NCBI RefSeq assembly: GCF_006345805.1
Contig: NW_021825323.1
Span: 124,001-188,000, forward strand
Origin: Octopus sinensis
Lineage: Eukaryota
DNA length: 64,000 nt
Reading direction: 5' to 3'
Positions within the stretch are counted from its first letter, which is position 1. Each line of letters begins with the position of its first letter. The notes under the pieces are model-generated. The model worked only from the letters and a program-made list of their open reading frames with translations. It made no database searches and had not been told where the DNA came from. The position numbers were made by a program, and so were the translations under genes. Below are positions 11,038 to 25,434 of this stretch, in pieces.

Positions 11038-13313
11038 ATGAGTCATGCAGGTATGTTTACAAATTTTAAAATAACATTAAGTGAAAAAACAAAAAACTAG
11101 AAATTCCTTAGTCATCGAATCTCAAAAAATTGTTGTTGAAAATCCAATTGAAAAGGTTTATTTACTTTATTTATACTGGACCAAGATTTGTCAAGGAATA
11201 TTTGACAAATGGCCTTCATTTTCGAAGCCTCAAAACTGCGAGGACAAAGAAATTTACAGCAATCACGGACCGTGGTTGATGAGACATTATGAAGAATACA
11301 TTGCTAAACAGGAAAAAAACTTAAGCTCTTTTCAAAATAAAGACGATGGTATGTTGGAGGTGATTTAAATTTGTCTATTGGTTTAGATTTTTCGTAATGT
11401 ATTTGATTCTTTTATCAATACTTTCCAAATCTACAAACCACTTTTGTCAAAAATAAAACAACAATACGAACAAAAAATTTCTAATTTAGAAAAACAGGTT
11501 ATGGAGTTAGTACCTCTAAAAGTAAATTAAACTGCAATATCTAAGTCAATGTTAGTAACAGTTGCTGAGGAATGTAATAACAGAATAATAGATCTTCGTA
11601 AGGAAGACAAAAATTGTACATTTTCAACATTGATTTCTCAGACGTAGAAGCTATTACACAAGAAAATAGTAATCTATACGCCAGAATTTCGAATCTATTA
11701 GAAGATCAGAATTCCTTGAACTATCAGGTTAAGGTTCTGAAACGACAATTGGCCGAACAATATGGCGAATACAGACAGGAGGCTGACGCTAGAAAGTTGC
11801 TAGTGACAGACTTCAATGAATTGAAACAACGCAACAACATTCACTCTACACAGGTTAATCAAGAAGACGAAATTTCCGAAAAAGACGTCACAATACTCCA
11901 GATAGCACTCAAGTAGTAAAATATATTGATATTTAGGAAAGCAAAGATTGATTTAGATTTTGCTCATGAAAAAATTCACTCAATGATGGCAGACTACACC
12001 GAGGTTGTACCCCGGAGAGAATTTGAAGACATTCAAAATCAGTTTAACGTACATTCATTCTATAAGACAAATTTAGAATTTACAAAATCTTTACAATGTG
12101 CTAAACGAACAAGATGAAAAGTTGAGGACAGAACATGAGTATGCTACGTAATAATTTTAAATTTTAGAACTTTAATGAATACATTCGACCAAGTTTTAGA
12201 AGAAAGAAACTCTTATTACTCTCAGTGCATGGAAAATTCTGGAACTTTGACTCCTCGGTGAATGAAACGAGAATTTATTTTTATTTAGACCCGATTGGTC
12301 ACAGCTTTCTCCTTATTTGACAACTGGACAAGATAGTTGGTCAAAACTGATCCACGAAAAAACTAGTGCTGAAGTTTTTTCGCTATTAATATCTGAATTA
12401 TCGAATCAAAAATTTAAAGTAGATGAACCCGAAGGCCTGGTATCTGTGTAAAGGGACTAATTAATTACTAGGGGACATCGAAATATAATGGGAAAATAAA
12501 ACCTATTGAAATTTTAGAAAGTGAGATAAATACAATTTTTGCCGGTTTTTGGAAATATAGAGTATATTGATTAATTTTGTTTGATTTTAGTTTGATAAAA
12601 TGGAAGATAATAACCAAATAGATCAAATATTTACGCAATATATTTCTGGTATATATCCAGACAAAACGAAAGAGATGTGTTATGCATTCAAAGACTGGTG
12701 TAGGACACATAAGACCACACATAAAATTAAATTAACAAGTGATATTCTAGAGCTGAAAGTTCAAAAAACATTATAACGGCGTAGGTTCATGAAAATGTAC
12801 TTCACAAAGAAGTTTCAATTTTAAAAGAATTAAAATTGACTGAAAATCTAGATACAGTAAAAAATAAACTTAGTGAGTTGCTACCGTCGCTTTCTGAAAC
12901 TGAACTTTCAAGATTACTAGAACAACTTGGAAACTGGAAGGAGCAAGTAGATTACTTAATTTTTTAAACAGATTGACGATAATTTTAAATCTAATCTTTT
13001 TGTTGAAATGAGAAATGAAAGAATTATAACTGCTCAGAAAATCAAAAATCACAATATGTTGATTTAAATGTCATATTTTAGTGAAACTCTCAGTGCTAAT
13101 TCTGTTAAAAAAGTTATTTTATCACTGAACGACTCAATTGAGGAGAGCGACTTAAACAGACTTGTTGAATGGATTCTGTCATCTTATTCGGAGCAATCAG
13201 TCAGCCCTGAATATTATTCTCATTATGTATGTATACTATGACCATTAAAGTTATTCGATCGAATATGTGAATGCTACATAAAACATGTTCCTTTATCCAA
13301 TGGATTTGACTAA
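11038..13313 (+). CDS. TSNAXIP1: Translin-associated factor X-interacting protein 1-like coiled-coil protein
   Basis: Spliced motifs FRNVFDSFINTFQIYKPLLSKIKQQYE, DYTEVVPRREFE and TLTPRPDWS resemble TSNAXIP1. Many micro-introns. Probable end LFDRICECYIKHVPLSNGFD*. Confidence 0.78.
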
Positions 13314-13679
13314 AAATAAAAATGGAATTACTAATTTATAGTACCTTGTCATTTTAATTATATTTAAAACAACTCACTATATAAATATTGTTATTCAAAT
13401 ACTTGCATTCTTGACAAAAAAATTTTCAAAGGAGGTTAAAATAAGTACGCGAATAACTCTTTTCGATCAGAAGGGATAGAAAAATTTTTAAAAATCAACG
13501 GAAACAGTGTAACCACTTTAAAAGTAAGCCCATGACCGTTGAAATGTTTTATAATAACTTTTTACAAAATATTAGGAGAAATTATACTTGTCTCATGGGC
13601 AACTAGGACGTGGATTTTTATTTAATAAAGGGCCATTTTGATATAATCTCATGTTATCTAAACTTAATTATTGTAATTC

Positions 13680-15335
13680 CTTTGAATCTATTATCCGTCG
13701 TTCACCTTTTATTGCCCGTCTGGTCGCTTTGGCCTACGGTCGCCCCAGCCTCCTTATCGTTGGGGATCATTGAATCTCGTCCTGCAACGGTGTCCAACAA
13801 TGCGACCCTGTGGTCCTCTTCTTTTTGCCCTGGCAATTGATCCCGTTGCCAGAAGTGTATCCTCCCTTTTCAATGCATGGTATTTGGACGATGCCACTAT
13901 CGGAGGTACTCTCGAATCCGTTCTTGACGACCTGAGAATTTTGATCCCTGCATTACACGCAATTGGTCTCGAAATTAATCCCCAAAAATCTGAAATCTAT
14001 AACATCAGTTATGATGTTCACCGTTTCTCTGTTGCCCATGGTTCTATCAAGTCATTACTTCCTAAAATCCATGTCATCTCGCCCAGTAATCTCAAGATTC
14101 TGGGTTTCCCGATTTTTAACACCGGTGTCATTTCGACCTTATCAGAAAAAACATAAAACCTTGTATCAATGTCCCGTAATCTTGGTATCATCAATTCCCA
14201 TTCGGCCCTGTTTCTATTGAGGAACAGTTTCGCCATTCCCAAACTATTGTTTACTCTTAGAAGCGCTCCATGCTTTGCCAATCCCGAGAGTCTCTCCAGA
14301 TTCGACCATGCTATTAGGACTTGCCTCGAATCAATATGTAATGCCCCTTTCGACGATCTTGGCTGTGAACAGGCAACAGTCCCCATCAGTCGCGGCGGCA
14401 TCGATGTGCGCTCAGCCATTGACCTTTCTTTGCCAGCATTCCTTTCTTCTACACATGCCACGAGCACCCTTGTCCAAGAGATTCTCAAATCTGTTACCGA
14501 ATCTTCTATGGAGTCAGAGTCAGTCGCCGCAGAAAGCCGCTGGCTTGGGTTGTCTCTTGAGCTTCCGCAGAATACACACACAGGACGAATGGGACAAGAT
14601 TCTCTGTGACCAGAAGTTGAACAACCTCAAGTCTAAGTTTAATCAACATCGCTTGGCTCGTTTATTGGCTGCCTCGCAACCATATTCGAGGACTTGATTG
14701 ACCACCATCCCTATGGGATCGATTGAAGCCTTATTGGACGATAATTTCCTAAGGTTCGGCGTCTCATTGCGCCTGGGACTAAACTTATGTCGAGAACACC
14801 GGTGCCGCTGTGGATCGACCGTTGACCTCTATGGATTGCACCCATTATCGTGTCAGAAAAGCTCCGGACGCTTTCCCCGACACGCTGCCCTGAATTACAT
14901 AGTCAAGCGGACTCTTGAAACTGCCGGATTCCCATCACAGTTGGAACCGGTCGGCCTGGTTTGGGGGAATGGTAAACGTCCTGACGGCCTAACGACTTTC
15001 CCCTTCGAAAATGGCAAGTCGCTCATCTGGGCACAACTTGCAAGGACACCTTCTCCGCCAGAAACATCTTTACGTCAGCCGCAGAGCCGGCTCCGCAGCC
15101 AACCTTGCGAAAACATTAAAAGTCAAGAAATACAGTGCATTATCGCACCGTCATATCTTTGCCCCGATCGCAGTGGAGACGTCGGGAGTCCTCAGTCCCA
15201 GAACTAAAAAATTCTTTATTAAACTGGGGAACCTGGCAAGCAGAAGGAGAAATGATTATCGGGAAAGGACATGGCTTAACCATCTTGCGTGGGAATTACC
15301 ATTCCATCTTATCCTCTGCTGCTAATTAAATACCA
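13680..15335 (+). mobile_element. 5'-truncated CRE-like retrotransposon (RT, zinc knuckle, REL endonuclease) with frameshifts
   Basis: GPLLFALAI...WYLDDATIGG (RT core), CREHRCRCG...HPLSC, GKRPDGLTTFPFENGK (PD-(D/E)xK type), FAPIAVETSG, ILRGN. Confidence 0.88.
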
Positions 15336-15439
15336 AATAATTAATTTGACTGTTAAATTTTCTAAGCTAAGTTGCTATTTATTGTTAAAAAGTCCTTTGT
15401 TTTATGCTCTTTTACTTAGTACACTTATTACAAAAAACA

Positions 15440-15830
15440 TATTCAATGAATAAATGAATTTATTTAAAAGGAAAAGCCGAAAAAAAGGGAGAAAGTTAAT
15501 GAGACAAAGTATGCCTCTTCTGCGTTGTTTTCCTCTTTTTTATGTTTAATTCCAGATTCGAGAGGAAAAGGCTCTCTCAAGAACACTTCCAATCGTTTCC
15601 GTCGCGTCTTCCATCTCTTGAGGAATGGGTTGGTCCAGCTGGAGTCCATTTGCCAATTTGATGGCATATCGTCTCATCTTTTCGAGTTTAGCGATAATGC
15701 CATTCCTCTCAGCAGTAGGGTACCATCCCTCGAACCCGTAGCTAAGCACTAGGTCGACGCACGTTTTATAAACATATAAAAATGTTTCCGGACAAAGGTG
15801 GAAGTGAATTATGCTCCTGAGAATTTAATG
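15440..15830 (-). mobile_element. LINE 3' end, copy of the 43.4-46.8 kb family
   Basis: YGFEGWYPTAERNGIIAKLEKMRRYAIKLANGLQLDQPIPQEMEDATETIGSVLERAFSSRI, nearly identical to 46.5-46.7 kb and 61.3-61.5 kb. TTCA-type tail. Confidence 0.87.
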
Positions 15831-16178
15831 ATAATCTTGTTTCAGCGAAATATAATTTTAAATTATTGTAATCCTGAAGTAGATTATATTGTGGTCTAGT
15901 GATCAAAATAATAATAATTGGAATCTATTAAATAATTGATAATGGTTAATTTCATTATAGCAGCGGTTTATAAGACATTAATTTGGTGTTGAAAATTTGT
16001 AGGTCAATAATTTTCTGGTTTCATTTTAATCTTACATTAATTTGTAGCAAAGCTAATTTTTTATATTAAAACAAATTAAATTTTTAATATAAACAAAAAA
16101 TCAAATAATATCATAACTAATTTAATTTGAATTTCGTTATAATTTTAAGAAATAAAATACGTATTACGTATTGTTGTG

Positions 16179-19100
16179 ATGCAATCTGTATCTCCGGTCA
16201 ACTGCAATGAACTTCTTCAGGTATGCATGCATATTTAACATATATACAAAAGTTAACTAATCTTGGGATATCACAAGGGAACATATCTTTCTCCTCCATC
16301 ACAATGGAGTCGGAAAAATATATCTGCGTCAGGGAAAAGGCTGGAGACGGAGCCCAAATTGTGATAGTCGATGTCAACAACCCAACAAACGTTATTAGAA
16401 AATCAATATCGGCTACGTCAGCCATTATGAACCCTTTGAAACAAATTCTCGGTCTTAAAGCAGGTCGAACGCTTCAATTATTTAACCTTGAACAAAAAAT
16501 TCGAATGAAAGTACACGAATTGAGCGAAGAATCTGGATTTTGGAAGTGGCTTTCTCCCGAAGTAGTTGGGATTGTGACTCAGTCTTCAACTTACGGATGG
16601 TCAATCACAGGTAACTATAGAGGTGTCATTTTCAGGGGACGAGGGACCACATAAAATTTTCGAAAGACATGAAAAGATGTCAACTGTTCAAATCATCAAT
16701 TTTAAAGCTGATTCTGAACTAAAATGGATGATTTTATCAGGAATATCTGGACAACCCGGGGCAAAAGTGGCTGGAACTCTCCAACTTTATTCGGTGGATA
16801 AAAAGGTTTCTCAAATCTTGGAAGGTCATGTTGCCACATTTTTTCGCTTTCAATTGTCTACTGCGTCTAAACCGTCTCTTTTCTTTTCCTTTGCAACAAG
16901 AAATCAAACTGGAGGGAAAGTATGGTTATTTGATCTGCATTTGTTAGTTTTATATAATTGAACTGTCTTCTGAACAAAAAACTGATTTGTTTAAGAAACA
17001 GTCGGAGATTTTATTTGGAGATCAGTATCCTGACGATTTTCCAATTTCCATGCAGGTTTCTTTCACTTTATTAGTCATAGGCTGACGAGCGTTTGGGTTT
17101 AATATTTTTCCTTACAAAATATGGATGCTTGTACATCCAGGAAGTTGAGTCTGCTCAAACAATATTTCAAAACAGAATATCCCAGCAACCCATATTTTTA
17201 ACATGTCCTCAATCTTCAACCAATGGATTTTTGGGAATAAGTCGATCAGGACAAGTGTTAAGTATAAGCGTGAATGATGCAGGGATTATCCAACATGTCA
17301 AAACTGCGATCAACAATCCAGATGTTGCTATTTCTTTGTCATCGCGGATGAATCAACCAGGGATGGCAGATGACTTGTTTGTGTATAAATTCAACCAACT
17401 TTTTGCTGAGGGAAAGTATTCTGAGGCAGTCATTGTAGCTGCAAAAGCTCCAGGGCAAATTTTGAGGAATGCACAAACAATTCAAAGATTCCAGCATATC
17501 CAACCAATGCAAAATCAGCCTTCCCCTTTGTTGAAATACTTTACATATTTGTTGGATACAGATAAACTAAATAAACATGAGTCGGTTGAGTTGTGCAAGG
17601 TCGTCTTTCAGCAGAATAGGAAGAGTTTGGTTGAAAAGTGGCTCAAGGAAGATAAACTGGAATGTAGTGAGGAGTTGGGTGATTTGGTTCGCTCATACGA
17701 CTCAAAGATTGCTCTTTCGGTGTATCTTCGTGCTAATGTGCCAAATAAAGTTATTGAATTATTTGCCGAGAATGGTCAACATCAGAACATACTCCCATAT
17801 GCCCAAAAAGTGGGATACAGTGCAGATTATACGGCTATTGTTCGAAATTTGTTCAAATCAAATCCAGAACAAGCCACTCAGTTCGCTCTTAATCTATTAC
17901 AAGGTGAAGAAAAGTTGGCTGATTTGAATAATGTAAGTAAAATGTGGCTAAGTTGTTATTAGCTTGTACAAGTATTTATGGAAAGTCAAAATTTGCCTCA
18001 GATTACTCGATTTCTATTGGAAGCTCTCAAAAACAATCTCCCAGAGGAAGCACAGTTTCAGAATCGGCTTCTTGAACTCAATCTGATGCACGCTCCGCAG
18101 GTGGCAGATACGATTTTGGGGAACAAAATGTTCAGTCACTACGATAAACAGAATATTGCCAGGCTATGTGAGCGAGCAGGCTTGTTTCAGAGAGCTTTGG
18201 AGAACTATACCGACATTTATGACATTAAAAGGGCACTTATGAACGTCACGTCATTTAATCCTGATTTTCTTGTCGAGTTTTTTGGAAATTTATCAGTTTC
18301 GGATGCCATGGATTGTCTCCAGTCAATGTTGCACATTAATCTCCGACAAAACCTTCAATTGGTCATTCAAATAGCGTCTACGTACCACGAGTTGCTTGGA
18401 GTGAATAATATTATCCATATGCTTGAGAGCTACAAGACTTCTGAAGGTTTATTTGTTCTTTATTTTCATTCTAGGCCTATTTTATTTTATAAGGCATGTG
18501 ATAAACACTAATGAGGACCCAGATGTCCATTATAAATATATTTGTGCTGCTTGCAGAGTGGGACAGTTCGGGGAAGTAGAAAGAATCTGCAGAGAATCTA
18601 ATTTCTACGATCCCGAACTTGTCAAAAACTTTTTAAAAGAAAGTCGTTTGCCGGACCAACTACCTCTGCTGATTGTATGTAATAGATATGACTATATCGA
18701 TGATCTAATATGTTCCCTTTACAGAAGCAGTCTCTATCAATATATAGAAATACTTGTCCAGAAGGTAAATTTCTTTTGATGAAGTTAGATTAACCCAAAA
18801 CGACTTCCGTTGGTTGTTGGTACTCTTCTCAGATTGGATTGTCCTGAAAATGTCATTAAGCAATTGATAATGTCAACTCCCGCTGGATACTCTACTGAGG
18901 AGCTATTGTCAGAAGTCGAGAGACATAATCGTCCGAAACTGGTGATGCAAATGTTGGAAAGAGCGCTTCAAAATGGATCAACTGATCCCGAAGTGCACAA
19001 TGCTCTAGCCAAAATATATATAGACAACAACATGAATCCAGAGCGTTTATTATCGTACTTTAATTGATTCGCCAATATTTAGTGAGAATGAATGTTACGA

Positions 19101-21629
19101 TCACACAAAAATTGGACGTTATTGTGAGTCGCGTAATCCTCAATTGGCTTGTATCGCTTATGAGAAGGGAAATCTTGTGTTTGATTTGATTAGAGTATTT
19201 AAAATGGTCATTGAGTTTTAGGTCTGCAATGAAAATGCCTTGTTCAAAATAGAGGCTCGGTATTTGTTAAGACTTAAAGATCCAAATATTTGGAGAACTG
19301 TTCTATCGGATAAAAATGAACACAGGAGAGCATTAATAGACCAGATTGTGCAAACAGCTCTTCCGGAGTCACAGAGTGCAGAAGATATTAGTGTGGCAGT
19401 TCGATCCTTTTTGGAAGCTGATTTGACAAACGAACTAATCGAGCTTTTGGAAAAGATTGTGTTAGAGAATACAATGTTTAGTGAACACACGTCTGTCTTT
19501 CTTAGTTAATAATCTGACAGGAATCTGCAGAATTTGTTGATTTTGACTGCATTAAGGAGCAGTAAAGCCAATGTGTCATCATACCTGGAAAAATTGGACA
19601 AATACGACGCACCTGAAATTGCTAGGAAAATGATTGATAGTGGTCGGTTCGAGGATGCTTTCAATATATATAGCAAGTTTGGAGATAATAATATGGCGGT
19701 GGAGGTGACTACTTTATTTGATAAAAATTTAGATTATGGTTGATATGATTAAAGATTTTGAAAGGGCTTTGGATTTTGCAGAAAAAATTAATGAGCCGAC
19801 AGTTTGGGCCACGTTGGGTCGGGCACAATTACGTGATCCAGAATTGGTGAAATTAGGCCTGTCCTCATACTTAAAATCTGGAGAGGTAGCCGATTATATG
19901 ACAGTAATCGACACTGTTATAGCATTGGACAGTACATTAAGGAATGAAATTACATGATTAGGTTATTGGGATGACTTTGTCAAGTTTATTCTCATGGTGA
20001 GGAAGACTATTCGCAACAGAACTACCGATGATGCACTTATTTTGGCATATGCAAAGTGTGACCGACTTAACGAATTGGAAGAATTTATACAAATATCTTC
20101 TAACCACGCTGATATAAATAGAGTTATCTTTTAAAATTTAGCATTAGGTTGGGGACCAATGTTTCAACTCCCGGCTGTTTACAGCTGCCAAAATATTATT
20201 TACGTTGTCGAATAATTATCTCAAACTCTCAGTGACTTTAGTTTATTTGAAGGATTATCATGCTGCAATAGAAAGTGCAAAGAAAGCAAATAATGTTGCT
20301 TCGTGGAAAGGGGTTGACTTTTATTTGTTATTGTAGGTCTGTTTTGCTTGTATTGATAACAATGAATTCCGATTGGCCAAAGTTGCTGCTTTGAATATTG
20401 TTATTCATGCTGACTCACTGCAAGAAGTGATATTATATTACGAAGATAAAGGATACTTTACTGAACTGTTGGACATGATGGAATCCTCAGTTTCACTTGA
20501 ACGCACTCACATGGGAATATTTACAGAATTGGCTATTCTCTTTATCAAATACTCTCCATTAAAGACAAAGGAACACGTGGAGATGTTTTGGTCTAGAATG
20601 AACGTTCCCAAAGTTTTGAGGGCGGCAGAACAGGCCCATTTGTGGTACGAACTGATCTTTTTGTATGAAAAATACGAAGAATATGATAATGCTGCTAGTA
20701 CATTTATTGCACATCCTTCTGTGGGTTATCGAGACATTCAGATTAAGGAAATATTAATCAAAGTTGTGTTAATGTACTTAATGTCTAGTGTGCCAGTACT
20801 GAACTAATTTATCGGGCTATTTCGTGTTATATTCGATGTTTTCCTTCAAAGTTAGACGATCTAATGACTGCTTTGTCGAATCGATTAGACCCTTTGCGAG
20901 CTATTCAGATATTGCAAAAAAATGACATTCTTTATTTACCTATCAACTATTTGACTTCTCAACATTGTCGAGGGTCAAAAGCAATTGATGAAGCAGTAAA
21001 TCTTCTTTTGATTGAGGCTGGAGATCACGAGGTTTTCAAAAGTTTTTATTTTTCAGGAATTGTTGTCAGTTGTTCAAACAAAGCCGAACGCTCAGTATGA
21101 TAAGTTGGAATTGGCCAAACAACTCCAGGCTCATGATCTGAAACAATTCAGAAATATATCCTCATATTTGATGAGACAGTCTAATAGATTTGTTGACTCT
21201 GTCGAGATATGCAAACGAGATGAATTGTACGCTCAAGCAATTGTGCATGTCTCGGAATCTAATGATCCTGAACTTGCATATTCGCTTGTGCGATTTTTCC
21301 TCGACAAAAATTTGTTTTCATACTTTTCTGCCATTCTTTACCATTGCTATTCCTTATTTTCTGCAGACCGTGTTTTGGAATATGCTTGGAGATTCAATGC
21401 GAGTGATTTTGCGATGCCTTTTTTTATTCAGATACTCCATACATTAAATAATAGGGCAGTCTATTTTTTTAATGTTTAGGTGAAAAAATTGGAAGAGAAG
21501 GATACTGTTCGGACCGAGAAGGAAGATGCCAAGTCTGGTGAATTTGTACCTATGATTGGTAGAGTACATGTGTACGAGTTTATAGGTAATAAAAATAATC
21601 TCATGATTGGCGGTCCGAATATGTTTTAA
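16179..21629 (+). CDS. CLTC: Clathrin heavy chain
   Basis: [14 protein letters not shown]|LTNLGI...[12 protein letters not shown]...[47 protein letters not shown] and [11 protein letters not shown]. Numerous micro-introns (those measured are 24-32 nt) remove in-frame stops. Ends [10 protein letters not shown]. Confidence 0.97.
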
Positions 21630-22399
21630 GAAGCTCCTAATTTCTAACTAATTTTTTCTGGTTTAATTTTTAGGATTTTTAATTAAAAATAACTTGCAAA
21701 AATCATTAATTAAGTTTATCTTCTTAATCGTATTAGATAATAATTTTATTTATAAAGGGAAGAAGCTCTGATAACCTAATATACGAAACACTTAAATGTG
21801 TCTTAATCTTATTTTTGTTATTATTTTAATTTCTAGTAATTTCTTAAGAAACGTCACTGAAATAAAGTTAAATTATTTTCTTAAAAAACTAAGGTGTATT
21901 TTATCGCGTTAAAAGTCTATACAATGGGTAAAACTTAATTTTGTATTGTGGATTATCCCGATTTTGCATTACAACCGCTTGAACCGCTATCATACATCAT
22001 CTGAGACTAAAAATTTCAGCGAAACAGCATTTAGATCAGAAATGAAATTTCACACAAAATTTGAGACTTTCAAATTCTCTCAATCTAGTGCATGAAGAAC
22101 AAATAAGCATGAAGAAAAGTGAGATACCCAAATAAAAAATGCGCAGTGTTTTAAAATATTAGTTCTTATTGTGTATGCCGTCTTGTATTGTTGCTCAGAT
22201 TCTTTAAGTTGTGCTTTTTAAAAAAACTTTACGACTCATTAAAATTTTTATGAGGATCGGAAATTATTCGTCACATAAAATTATTCGGTATTCAGTAAGG
22301 ACCTAACAAACTAATTGGTGTTTACCCTCTCTGTTAACCACATTGCACGCAATCTTTTGTTCGACGTCAATTTCTAGTATCTGGGTGAAGTAACGATTG

Positions 22400-22870
22400 G
22401 AGAACTCACCAAAGTTGGCCTTGGTTTCCTTGCGATTTTACGATTTTTTCACAAAATTTTCCGCTTAAATACATTACGCAAACTTTGGTTAAGGTCGGAC
22501 CAACTTCAGCTGGCCTCACTAAACCGCATAGGGGAGAATAACTTAAAGCAGTCCCTATTCCTAGCACGGAATTACTACGGGACAATGAATCTTTACGGAT
22601 TGTTATCTGTTTACGTTTGGGCTTGGACATCTGTCTGCTTTACCCTGAAATACGGTCACCTCTCCAGCTTCGTTTTCACGTTGAGACCTCTGGGATTTTC
22701 GGCCGCAAGTCGCTTTGTTTCCTACGCGGTTTGGGGAGAAGAATCGCCAAAAGGAGGGACGACCCGAGAGAGTCCTTTTGGCTTCTTCAACGCCTCTCCA
22801 TTTCCGTAATCCGCGGCAACTGCTTCGCAATCCGTGAGGCTGGGAGGGCGCCCTAACCTGCGTGGTCTTA
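22400..22870 (+). mobile_element. Internally deleted CRE-like fragment, related to the 36.5-38.5 kb copy
   Basis: LKAVPIPS...LRLGLDIC joined to KYGHLSSFVF...ESFWLLQRLSISVIRGNCFAIREAG, close to the 38.3-38.5 kb C-terminus. Confidence 0.7.
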
Positions 22871-22910
22871 AACAATCCTTCTTCCTTTTCTAATTGTCTT
22901 TCAATAAATA

Positions 22911-24406
22911 CTTTACCGTGCAAATGTTCCGGACCACCCAATTATTTTTCAATTCTATATATATTTGGCAGTTACGGCTTGACTCTCTTAGACAAATTTT
23001 AATATTAAATAAATACAAAACTTTTTTGGTTTTTCTTTTTTCATAAAATTTTACAATATTGAATTTTTAGCAGTCAGTAAATTTCGACCCGTGCATATGT
23101 TCCGGACCACTCATTAATTTTTTTTAATTATTATTAAATACACCTTCATCTGATATTTTAATGCTCAATATATATTAAATTCGTTAAATGCCTCGTGTTA
23201 GTTTCGGTAACCGTGCCTCAATTATCACTCTGTATAAACTTGGAATGTCTCAAAGAAAAATATCATTATGTGTTGGAATTTCCAAGTCTACAGTTCAGAG
23301 AACTATTAAAAGATATTCTACATGTTCCATAATTCAGGATAAACCTAAATCTGGAAGACCCAAGAAGTTATCTAAAAGAAATGAACGAAATATTGTTTAT
23401 CGATCAAAAATAAATCCTTCTAAAACAGCCAATCAAATTAGATCTGATCTCAATTTGTCATTATCCGTTTCTGTAGATACGATTAAACGATGTTTAAGGT
23501 CCAATAATCTTCATGGTAGAATAATGGTAAAAAAACCGAAACTTAAAATAAGAAATTTGAAGTCAAGATTAATGTAATTTTTTGAAGTCAAGATTAATGT
23601 AATTTTTTCAGATAAATGTCGAATTATGTTATTTCCAAATGTTAGAAGATATGTTAGAAGACCAGAAAAATGTAGAAATGAGAAAAAATATTCATCAGAA
23701 ACTGTAAAGTTTTCTCCGAATATCTTGGTATGGGGTGCTATCACTGCAACTGGAAAAAGAGCATTGGTTTTGAGTAGGAAAAATGTTAATTCCAATGAAT
23801 ACCAAAGAATTCTCGAAGAAGGATTAGAAAATATAAATTTTCAAAATATGATGTTCCAGCAAGATGGGGCCCCATGCCACAAATCGAGATCCACCATTCA
23901 ATATCTTGATCAGAAGAAAGTTAAATTACTTGAAAAGGGCCAAGTCAGTCACCGGATTTAACATTATTGAAAACCTCTGGTGTATACTTAAACAAAGAAT
24001 ACGTGAAAAAGAACCAGAAGATCTGGAGAATTACAAAAAAAGAATTTTATAAAATGGAAGATGCTCATATAGAAAATCTCTATAAATCACTTCCGACTAG
24101 GATGATCGATGTTGTAAAGAATAAAGGAGGTGAAGTTAATTATTAATTATTTTTTAAATAAGATATTTTCATTGAATAAAGTGGTTTTTTTTGATGCTGT
24201 TAATCACTGGTCCGGAACATATGCACGGGTCAAAATTTACTGACTGCTAAAAATTCAATATTGTAAAATTTTATGGAAAAAGAAAAAGTATAAAAGTTAT
24301 TTATTCATTTAATATTAAAATTTGTCTAAGAAAGTCAAGCCGTAGCTGCCAAATATATATAGAATTTAAAAATAATTGGGTGGTCCGGAACATTTGCACG
24401 GTACTG
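22911..24406 (+). mobile_element. Tc1-family transposon with long IR/DR-type TIRs; transposase frameshifted
   Basis: TIRs of about 200 bp with an inner and outer direct repeat ccgtgca(a/t)atgttccggacca and TA flanks. ORFs 23188-23577 (HTH, SGRPKKL) and 23626-23961 (LVWGAI, QQDGAPCH), then IENLW. Confidence 0.92.
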
Positions 24407-24419
24407 TACTTTATTCAAA

Positions 24420-25434
24420 AAAAATTAGTGCGTCTGCTTTCAATCGATTCTCTACCTTTTCGAGCCCCAGCCAATGTCTTCAACGGGCACACTTACAGGG
24501 CAGGCTACTTTTGTGGTTGTTTTGAGTCAATTCTATGATCTCACTTGGGGAAGCTTTCTCCGTCGCTGCCCTTACAAACCGGGTCATTTGACGATCTTCG
24601 GGTGGGCACATCCCAAACTTATATGCTGTACGCATGCTCTCCAATGTTTTTCGGATGACCACAGACTGGATTTAAGCTCGTATAGATGTCAATCTGTTCA
24701 AATTCAGTTAACTCAATATTGACGAGCCCAATGGAATAGTTGTAGAGCGATAATGCGTACTCATTTATAGCTTTAAATAAGTTTCAAGAGTTTAATTTTG
24801 TCTTTGAAAGATTGTCGATCCTTTTTTTTAATTCTCTAAAGAGTGTGTTCAGTACATCACTTTTTCTATTTTCTAGAACTCCAAGGTATCTGTAACCATC
24901 CATCCCATCAAGCAATTTAGCTTCCGACCGAAGCTCAGCCTGGTTAGTTGGGGACTTTTCGACATTTTTTTCAGTCTGGCGGCTTCGAAGAAATTATTTA
25001 CCTCATTCATCATACTCATCATTGTATCCTCTATTCGTAAAATAATTTTAGGTCATCCATAAAAAGTATGTGGTTTGTTGTGTATGTAATAAAACCGTGG
25101 TCTTAATTATCCATAATAACTTTTGGGTACTTTGCGTTCAGAATTCTATTGAGAAAGTCCATTACAAGTGCAAAGATTTTGGGTGACAAGGAATCACCCT
25201 GGAGTATGCCCCTTTCCATTTTGACCTCTCCGATTACGTGGTGGTTCAGGGTTAGCTTAACTCTGCATTTGTAACAAGTTTCTTCGAGAAATTTATAATC
25301 CAGTGAAAGAGTCCAGAATTTTCAAGGACTTAATTCAGAAAGCCGTTATCAACCGAATCGAACGCTTTTTTCACATCGATCCAGGTAGAAAACAAATTAT
25401 TTCCGTGTTGTTTTTTAATGCATTGATTAATTAT
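24420..25434 (-). mobile_element. Decayed R4/Dong-like RT fragment
   Basis: WIDVKKAFDSV, RGILQGDSLSP, NHILFMDDLK, plus C-terminal KTLES. Stops and deletions present. Confidence 0.75.

Noticed and set aside
16179-21629. Stop-codon reassignment or readthrough to explain fragmented ORFs in host genes
   Set aside because: Wherever I traced them, in-frame stops in CLTC, GALM, ARL8, EF1A and ZDHHC6 fall inside GT-AG micro-introns, so the standard code is sufficient.
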